Part shown: positions 57,520-64,000 of the stretch, in pieces
Position numbering within the stretch: position 1 is the first letter of the stretch
Layout of the letters: each line of letters opens with the position of its first letter
The notes under the pieces: generated by a model
What the model saw: the letters and a program-made list of their open reading frames with translations, nothing else
Databases searched by the model: none
What the model was told of the DNA's origin: nothing
Assembly: GCA_965222075.1 (NCBI GenBank)
Contig: OZ244937.1
Coordinates: 5,056,001 to 5,120,000, forward strand
Source: Candidatus Latescibacterota bacterium
GTDB taxonomy: Bacteria; Latescibacterota; UBA2968; GCA-2709665
Reading direction: 5' to 3'
Length of the DNA: 64,000 nucleotides
Made by a program: the position numbers and the translations under genes

Positions 57520-58797
57520 GTGGCAGAGCGTGTCCCAAAGGTTGAGACGTGGTATGTGCCCCGCATCTGCGGGGTTGATCCGACCGGGCAGAGGGTTTCG
57601 TTAAGAACCGGGGAAGGTGTGGGGCTGCGTCTGGAAGTGGAGCCCTATCAATGTCTGCCGAAGAAGCAGGACTGGCAGCGCCTGTCCGAGCCGATCCTGT
57701 CGGCCACCAGGACGCAGCAGGACTGGTGCCGGGTGATCCTCTACATGCCCTGCGTGCTGAGGGCGGACGGGATCTACAAGATGTGGTATGTGGGGAGTTC
57801 CGATCACGCGCGAACGCCTTCCTGCATCCACCTGGGGTATGCCGTGTCAACGGATGGGTTGCGCTGGGAGGCGTATCCGGACAATCCGATTGTGACCGAC
57901 GATGCGATTCCCTGGGGACGGTATTTCCAGACGCCTTATGTCCTTTACGATTTGCAGGAGAAGATCTACAAGATGTGGTTTACGGCTGTGGATGAGGGGG
58001 ATGCGGAGGGCAGCCCGTGGTTGAACCAGCGGATAGGGTATGGCGAGAGTCCGGACGGGATTTCGTGGACGTTCCGTGCGGAGCCGGTGTTCCACGTGGG
58101 GAGACGTCCATGCGTGTTGAAACTGGACGATGGGACGTACCGGATGTGGGTGAACGCGCCGTCGAAGGAGGCTCCGGATTTGAAGATGACTGAAAACATC
58201 ATTTCGGTCCGTTCTGAGGACGGTCTGCATTGGGAAGAGGAAGGGGACGCGGTCCGGTACGGCGGGATCTATCGCTCTTGCGTGTATCCTTTTGTGATGC
58301 GTGACCGGGGCGAGCTGGTGGTGTGGTTTGGCGGTCACCGGGCGGGTGGAACTTTCGATATTTCGTTCGGGCGCGCTCGCGACGGCAGCACCTGGTACTA
58401 CCAGAACGACATGCCGATTTTTCCGGCGAACCCGGGTAGGGAAACGTTTGACGCTCGGTACACGTCTACCCCCCACGTGTTGAAGCTGCCGGGCAAGTAT
58501 GTGATGTACTATTCCGCCCGGGATCTGGATGATGGGTGGGTCGCTCCGGACGGCTCGCATCAGCAGGACAGTGCAGGGGTCTATCGCCACATCGGGTGCG
58601 CGGAGCTGCCTGTTTCCGAGGTCGAAGATCCGAGGCTTCGGTTTTCGTGGTCGGTGGACGGGAAGGTGATACCTGGAGAGGGCAGGTCGCTGTGGTTTGA
58701 GGGAGAGAGGTCCGGCAGGCATACGGTGACCTGTCGCGTGGAGAATACCAACGGTTCTGCGGCGTACACATGGGATGTGGAGGTAGAGGATGGATAG
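57520..58797 (+). CDS. Beta-propeller glycosidase-like domain with flanking Ig/PKD-like segments
   Basis: Core is a paralog of 45236 (QDWCRV, GRRPCV, RYTSTP, MYYSARD, YRHIG); C-terminal FSWSVDG..GRHTVTCRV..YTWDVEV. Confidence 0.7.
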   Translation: MAERVPKVETWYVPRICGVDPTGQRVSLRTGEGVGLRLEVEPYQCLPKKQDWQRLSEPILSATRTQQDWCRVILYMPCVLRADGIYKMWYVGSSDHARTPSCIHLGYAVSTDGLRWEAYPDNPIVTDDAIPWGRYFQTPYVLYDLQEKIYKMWFTAVDEGDAEGSPWLNQRIGYGESPDGISWTFRAEPVFHVGRRPCVLKLDDGTYRMWVNAPSKEAPDLKMTENIISVRSEDGLHWEEEGDAVRYGGIYRSCVYPFVMRDRGELVVWFGGHRAGGTFDISFGRARDGSTWYYQNDMPIFPANPGRETFDARYTSTPHVLKLPGKYVMYYSARDLDDGWVAPDGSHQQDSAGVYRHIGCAELPVSEVEDPRLRFSWSVDGKVIPGEGRSLWFEGERSGRHTVTCRVENTNGSAAYTWDVEVEDG

Positions 58798-60664
58798 ATC
58801 GGTGATTCTGGCTGCAGACCGCCGGGCGCGATGTGCGGTGGAGGTGTCGGCGGAGCCGACGGTGGCGGAAGTGACGGCCGGGGAAGAGCTGGTGCGCTAC
58901 CTGAGGAAGCTGGGCGGTGTGTCCATCGGACTGCACCGGGGGGAGAATAGCCGCGCGCCCGTGCGGATTCTGGTGGGGGCGCGCGCCCGGGAGGAGGCGG
59001 GCGACCTGCCGGTGGATGAGGTGCGGGATGACGGGTTTGTGCTGTGCGTATCGCCCGACAGGGTCGCGCTGGCAGGCGCCAACGACAGGGGCACGCTGTA
59101 TGCGGCGTATGAGTTGATCGAGCGGCTGGGTGTCCGGTGGTACGGCCCGAACCCTGAGGATGAGTACGTGCCCGCCGCGGGGGACCTGGCGCTTCCCGAG
59201 GGGACGGCGGTGATCAACCCGTCGTTCCGGTTCCGGTTCCTCCGGTGCCTCTTCTCGGCGATGGTCGGGCTGGGAGCATCGGGAATGTGGCAACCCTTTT
59301 CGTCTCCCCGGCGGGAGCAGTTGCTGGACTGGGGCGTAAAGAACCGGCTGAATGCGGGTCTATGGCCCTTTGACGATCCGGACGTCACGTCCTTCTTCGG
59401 CTGGCGCGGCGGCGTGGCGTGCGTGGACCACGCTCACGCCCTGCCATATATGGTGCCGCCTGGCGAATACTGGGAGTCTAACCCGGAATACTTCGCAGTC
59501 GACGAACACGGCGAGTTGTTCGAGAGAAGGCCGAACGAATACGGGATGCACGTGTGCACGTCGAATCCCGACGTCCTGGACCTGGTGGTCCGGAAGGCCC
59601 TTGAGACGATGGAACGCGACCCGGATGCGGGCTTCGTGAGCATTTCCCAGGCGGACGGCCAATTCCATTGCCGGTGCCCGGCCTGCCTGTCGAAGTGTAA
59701 CCAGGGCTCGCTGGTATTTCTGGGCGAGGAGCAGATTATCCGGACCGATTGTATGGTGGACTTCGCCAACCGGGTGGCGGAACGGTTCTGCGGGAGCTGG
59801 CCGGACCGGAACCTCATGATCCTGGGACACCATCAGACGATCCCGCCGCCGACGATTGCCGTGCATCCGAACGTGATGGTCAAGCTGGCCTGTTCGCCGC
59901 ATGGGTTCGTGTCGTTCAACCGGCCCCTCGAGGATCCCGCGGGGAACCACTTTATCTTCCAGAGGGCCGTGGAGGGATGGGCAGCCACGGGTACGCCGCT
60001 GACCTATTACGGGTACAACCCGCACAGTTCGTTTGCCCATGCCCCCTTTTCGGCGGGGCGGAGGTTTCACCAGGACATCAGGTGGTTGCATCGGCACGGC
60101 TTTGTCGGCGCTGAATTTCAGGGTGAGGGCACGCTGTGGGGGTTCTACGGGCTGAACCATGTGGTCCAGTCCCGGACGATGTGGGATGTAGATGTGGATT
60201 TCGACGCGCTTCAGCGGGACTATTTCCGCTGTCTGTACGGGGCTGCGGCCGAACCGGTGCAGGCGCTGCACGAGGCGTTCGAGCGGGCGGTTGTGGAACA
60301 GGAGCCTATGATGAAGGGCTTTGGCGTGTTTCTTTCGCCAGAGGTGATCGCCCGGGGGAAGGCTCTGATTCGAGAGGGCCGCGAAGCGGAGGTGTCGGAT
60401 GAGGTCCAGGTTCGTCTGGACATCCTGGCCGCGCAGGTGGAGTACGGGGACCGGCTGATGGGCGCCAGGCGAGCGGCGGAGACGTACAACCGGACGAGGG
60501 ACCCGGACCATTTGAAGCGACTGGTGCGTGAACGGGATGCCATTTTGAGCTATATCGAGGCAAACCCCGTGGATGGCGCCTATCATCTGGGTGGCATCGG
60601 AGGGGAGCGAGGGAATATAAACGGCTACTTGATGGGGCATTTTGGGGGGATAGATAAGATTTAA
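58790..60664 (+). CDS. DUF4838-like protein (paralog of 29317)
   Basis: Shared GANDRGTLYAAYELIERLGVRWY and VDFDALQRDYFRCLYG. Confidence 0.7.
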   Translation: MDRSVILAADRRARCAVEVSAEPTVAEVTAGEELVRYLRKLGGVSIGLHRGENSRAPVRILVGARAREEAGDLPVDEVRDDGFVLCVSPDRVALAGANDRGTLYAAYELIERLGVRWYGPNPEDEYVPAAGDLALPEGTAVINPSFRFRFLRCLFSAMVGLGASGMWQPFSSPRREQLLDWGVKNRLNAGLWPFDDPDVTSFFGWRGGVACVDHAHALPYMVPPGEYWESNPEYFAVDEHGELFERRPNEYGMHVCTSNPDVLDLVVRKALETMERDPDAGFVSISQADGQFHCRCPACLSKCNQGSLVFLGEEQIIRTDCMVDFANRVAERFCGSWPDRNLMILGHHQTIPPPTIAVHPNVMVKLACSPHGFVSFNRPLEDPAGNHFIFQRAVEGWAATGTPLTYYGYNPHSSFAHAPFSAGRRFHQDIRWLHRHGFVGAEFQGEGTLWGFYGLNHVVQSRTMWDVDVDFDALQRDYFRCLYGAAAEPVQALHEAFERAVVEQEPMMKGFGVFLSPEVIARGKALIREGREAEVSDEVQVRLDILAAQVEYGDRLMGARRAAETYNRTRDPDHLKRLVRERDAILSYIEANPVDGAYHLGGIGGERGNINGYLMGHFGGIDKI

Positions 60665-60734
60665 GATCCGGCGAAGGAAGAATTAAGAAGATCACCAATC
60701 GAGGATACTCGAGGACAGCAAGAGGAGTGACCCC

Positions 60735-61679
60735 ATGAATACAGCAACGCTTCAAAAGCCCGGCACCATTGTATTCACAGACCGTCCTCCTGAACAACCT
60801 GAACCGGAGTTTCCCTTTCCGGCCCTGACGTTGGAAGAGAGGATGCGTTTCGAGTTATTCGGCTACACGATTGTGGAGGATCTGTTTACCGAACAGGAAC
60901 TCCAGTCGATTGAAGCCGCGGCGAACAGGGCAAAAGAGGAGATCCTCGCGACAGTCGGTGCTCGCACCTTCAAGCCGCCACCGCCCCCTAAAAAATACGA
61001 TGATTTCAAAGCGGGCGCAATCTGGCGGGGGCTCCGGACAAAGACGGCTTCGGGTGAACTTTATCTCCACCGTCTGCTGATCGAGCAGGTGCTTGGACTG
61101 GACCCCATTTTTCTGTCTGTCCTGACCAGGCCCCGTGTGCTGGGGATTGCGACGGAACTGCTTGGCGGGACATTCCGATTCCTCTCGGTTGCCGTTCGGT
61201 TCAACCGGCGTTCCGACCACCCCGATCTGGGATGGCACGGCGGTGTGAGCCGGTTTAAAGACCGGGTGGTGTGCAAAAACGGCTGGTTTCATACGCAGAT
61301 TCTCGGGATGATCCTCTTTCTCACGGACATCGGTCCGGAGGATGGCGGTACGGGATTCTTTGCGGGAAGCCATCGGCTGGACCTGCCCTACGATGCCCTG
61401 AAACAGTACATAACGGATCATCCGGATTCCGAATTCTTCCATCAGGTGGTGGCCAAACGGGGGTCTGCACTGCTTTTTGCCGACGGACCCCTTATGCACC
61501 GGACCATCCCCATTCAGAGCGATAAAGAACGCCTCATCATGCTCTCGCGGCTGGTCCATTCTGACTATGAGGCTGGTCATACAGAACCGGTTGGCTGCGT
61601 TGACCACGTTCCTCCCGATCTCATGCCGCTGTTTTACGGCCGCGCCTTTACACCCAGATATCGACCGCGGGGGGAATAG
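60735..61679 (+). CDS. PhyH-fold Fe(II)/2OG enzyme with HXG motif (paralog of 56513)
   Basis: WHGG and LMHRT; long identical stretches with 56513. Confidence 0.8.
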   Translation: MNTATLQKPGTIVFTDRPPEQPEPEFPFPALTLEERMRFELFGYTIVEDLFTEQELQSIEAAANRAKEEILATVGARTFKPPPPPKKYDDFKAGAIWRGLRTKTASGELYLHRLLIEQVLGLDPIFLSVLTRPRVLGIATELLGGTFRFLSVAVRFNRRSDHPDLGWHGGVSRFKDRVVCKNGWFHTQILGMILFLTDIGPEDGGTGFFAGSHRLDLPYDALKQYITDHPDSEFFHQVVAKRGSALLFADGPLMHRTIPIQSDKERLIMLSRLVHSDYEAGHTEPVGCVDHVPPDLMPLFYGRAFTPRYRPRGE

Positions 61680-61762
61680 GGCGACAGACGATATGGCCTG
61701 ATCAGGACCCTTCACGGACATGCTTTTAGATTGATGGAAGGATGCCGACTCGTGTCCACGGA

Positions 61763-61854
61763 CTATCATCTGGGCGGAATCGGAGGGGAGCGGGGGAATA
61801 TAAACGGCTACTTGATGGGGCACCTGTGGGGGATAGATGAGATTTAAGATCCGG
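61763..61854 (+). repeat. Diverged copy of the 3' end of the DUF4838-like gene (60580-60671)
   Basis: 84/92 identical, including the stop codon and 7 downstream nt. Confidence 0.9.
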
Positions 61855-61894
61855 ATGCCTGATTGGACGATAGGCGACAAGGAGGGAGACACAG

Positions 61895-62626
61895 ATGTTT
61901 GGAGACGCGGTTGGGCTGAAGAAGCAGATCCGTGACGGGGAGCGGATTGTCGGGGTGGGGGTGCCAGTAGATGTTGAACGAGAGCGGTTGCAGGCGATTC
62001 TGGGGAGGGACGACTACGCTTTCGTCTCGGTCGACAGCCAGCATTCGCCGCTCAGCGAAGAACGGCTGGTTGCGTTCTGCGGGATGGCGGAAGAGCTGGA
62101 CGTATTTGTCCAGTTCCGGATCAAACATACGCGGAATGCGTACCTGATTGGAAACTACCTGGACCTGGGACCGTGCGGGGTGGAGGTGCCGCAGACGGAG
62201 CTGGATTCGACGGTGGAGGAAGCGCAGCATGCCTTTTACTATCCGCCCCAGGGAGGACGGAGTTTTGGCGGGATGACGCGGCGGGAAACAGAGGGGAAGC
62301 GTCCGGAGGAGTACGGGGCGTGGTGGAACCGTTTCGGGGTGCTCTGGATGCAGATCGAATCGGTAGAGGCGACGACGAGGGCGCACCTGTGGGCGGAGAG
62401 ATGGCCGGGGGTGGACTGCGTATCGATCGGGCCGACGGATATGACGTTCAATATCAAGTCGCATCCGAACCACGCACTCCAGTCAGTTGATGATTGTATC
62501 GGGTACCTGGGCAAGTCGCTGGAAGGTACGCGCCTGAGGATCTGCCACCGGAACGGGACACCGGAGACACGGGAGAAGTACGCCGATCTGGGAGTGACGG
62601 TATTTCTGGAGCGTCCGCAGGACTGA
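61895..62626 (+). CDS. HpcH/HpaI aldolase-family protein
   Basis: VDSQHSP, LDLGP.GV.VP, YYPPQGGRSFG, MQIES, IGPTDM. Confidence 0.88.
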   Translation: MFGDAVGLKKQIRDGERIVGVGVPVDVERERLQAILGRDDYAFVSVDSQHSPLSEERLVAFCGMAEELDVFVQFRIKHTRNAYLIGNYLDLGPCGVEVPQTELDSTVEEAQHAFYYPPQGGRSFGGMTRRETEGKRPEEYGAWWNRFGVLWMQIESVEATTRAHLWAERWPGVDCVSIGPTDMTFNIKSHPNHALQSVDDCIGYLGKSLEGTRLRICHRNGTPETREKYADLGVTVFLERPQD

Positions 62627-62719
62627 CTGCTGAACCAGGACGATCAATGGACAACACCTTTCGAGGTGTTTCAGCTTCCGCAGTGAGGCAGCGGTTGATC
62701 CTGGACTGTTTGTTGACAG

Positions 62720-62798
62720 GCGGGCGAGACCTGTCTGCCTGCTTGCGCGCTGCGCGCAGGCAAGCGTGCGACGCACAGGCAGGCGCCCGCGCTCCCAG
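62720..62798. repeat. REP-like hairpin interrupted by two nested 27-nt palindromic elements
   Basis: GCGGGCGAGAC[CTGTCTGC[CTGCTTGCGCGCTGCGCGCAGGCAAGC]GTGCGACGCACAGGCAGGC]GCCCGCGCTCCCAG. Confidence 0.65.
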
Positions 62799-62848
62799 GG
62801 ACAACGGTGGCGTCTGATGGATGATGCCTCAGGAGGGAATAGGAGTAG

Positions 62849-63946
62849 ATGCTGAAGGTCGTTGACGGTGGCATTCTTTCCCGGCAGCCCGGGCGGGGGG
62901 CTTTTATGCCGGCGATCACCCCGCTTTCGGACGAGAGCTTGATTGCCTGCCAGCACGTGGGAGAGGGGCTGGGCACTGCGGACAACCATATCGAAGTCCT
63001 GCGCTCGACCGATGGGGCCGCGACGTGGGTGAACGAGGGCAGCATCGGAGGGCCGCCTGCAGACGGGTGGAGCTACCGGGGGCCGCACATCAGTGCGGTG
63101 CCGGACGGCCGGCTGGTGATGACCGCGACCCGGTTCGAGACGCGGGGCGAGAAGCTGTTCGATCCCGAATCCGAGGTGCTGCAGCGCCCGGAGATGCTGC
63201 TGTTCTGGTCGGAGGACGCGGGACACACCTGGTCGGCGCCGCAGGTCGTGTCGGTGGACCTGCCTCCGGAGAAGTACACCTGGAACGGAGCCGGTGTGCT
63301 CCTTCAGCTCGCTCCGGACCGGTGGATGAATCCGCTGGAGACGTGGAAGCCGGAAGGGTATGCGGGCCCTCCCGATCAGAAGGCGGCGGCGGTTTTTTCC
63401 ACGGACCAGGGGCAGACATGGGGGGAATTTACGGTGGTGGCGGACGATGCGACCGGTGCATTGCTCTGGTGGGACCAGATGTGTACGTTGCTGCCGGACG
63501 GGAGGATCTATACGATGCTGTGGACGCACCGGTACGGGACCTCCGAGGACCTGCCCAACCACTGGACCGTCTCGGAAGACGGGGGCCGCACCTGGTCCGA
63601 GCCCCGGCCCACAAACCTGCGCGGACAGGTCTGCGCGCCCATAGCGCTGGCCGACGGGCGGGTGGCGGCGATCTACAACTTCCGGCATGAGCCGCAGGGC
63701 ATCCGAGTGGCTCTGAGCGAAGATCTGGAACAGTTTGATGTGAGGCGTGAGGTTGTGGTGTTCGACGCGGGGGCCGAGGCGACCCTGGGGGAGCCTGAGA
63801 CCGATAATTTCCTGGCCGAACATATGCAGATCGCGTTTGGCAAACCCGGTGGGATCCGCCTCGTCGACGGAGATTTGATGACGTATTTCTGGTGTACGGT
63901 TGGAGGCGTCACGCATACGCGTTGGGCGAGGCTGAGGATAGATTAG
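62849..63946 (+). CDS. Sialidase-fold (BNR/Asp-box) protein
   Basis: Four Asp boxes: STDGAATW, SEDAGHTW, STDQGQTW, SEDGGRTW; no signal peptide. Confidence 0.85.
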   Translation: MLKVVDGGILSRQPGRGAFMPAITPLSDESLIACQHVGEGLGTADNHIEVLRSTDGAATWVNEGSIGGPPADGWSYRGPHISAVPDGRLVMTATRFETRGEKLFDPESEVLQRPEMLLFWSEDAGHTWSAPQVVSVDLPPEKYTWNGAGVLLQLAPDRWMNPLETWKPEGYAGPPDQKAAAVFSTDQGQTWGEFTVVADDATGALLWWDQMCTLLPDGRIYTMLWTHRYGTSEDLPNHWTVSEDGGRTWSEPRPTNLRGQVCAPIALADGRVAAIYNFRHEPQGIRVALSEDLEQFDVRREVVVFDAGAEATLGEPETDNFLAEHMQIAFGKPGGIRLVDGDLMTYFWCTVGGVTHTRWARLRID

Positions 63947-64000
63947 AGCTGCAGTCCGGCCGATCGGAGCATACGAATACGATAACAGATCCAGGGGGAT

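Noticed and set aside
60580-61854. Diversity-generating retroelement TR/VR pair
   Set aside because: Mismatches are not adenine-specific, half are synonymous, and no reverse transcriptase is in the window.
1-64000. CRISPR array, integron attC array, tRNA or rRNA genes
   Set aside because: No regular repeat-spacer units, no consistent attC-like ends and no RNA-gene signatures seen by eye.

Overview
High-GC bacterial genomic segment. Gene content (PorV-like genes, T9SS-like C-terminal domains, expanded PhyH, DUF4838-like and OPT-like families) suggests an FCB-superphylum organism such as Ca. Latescibacterota; this is inference. About 40 real genes all lie on the + strand and form an uptake and catabolism island. 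It holds two copies of a TonB-dependent receptor / CTD-bearing surface protein / PorV-like module, three large OPT-like inner-membrane proteins, and many mostly cytoplasmic glycosidase-like, oxidoreductase, PLP and Fe/2OG enzymes, plus acyl-CoA dehydrogenase-ETF and hydantoinase B/A. No regulator, integrase, transposase, tRNA, rRNA or CRISPR array was recognised. Highlights: (i) a SusD-less TBDR-cargo-PorV module; (ii) two Fe/2OG paralogs with a halogenase-type HXG motif; (iii) a 27-nt palindromic element nested in its own homolog inside a REP-like hairpin; (iv) a ~370-bp structured MITE-like element; (v) many duplication and deletion scars. All family calls come from motif recognition by eye, not database searches.
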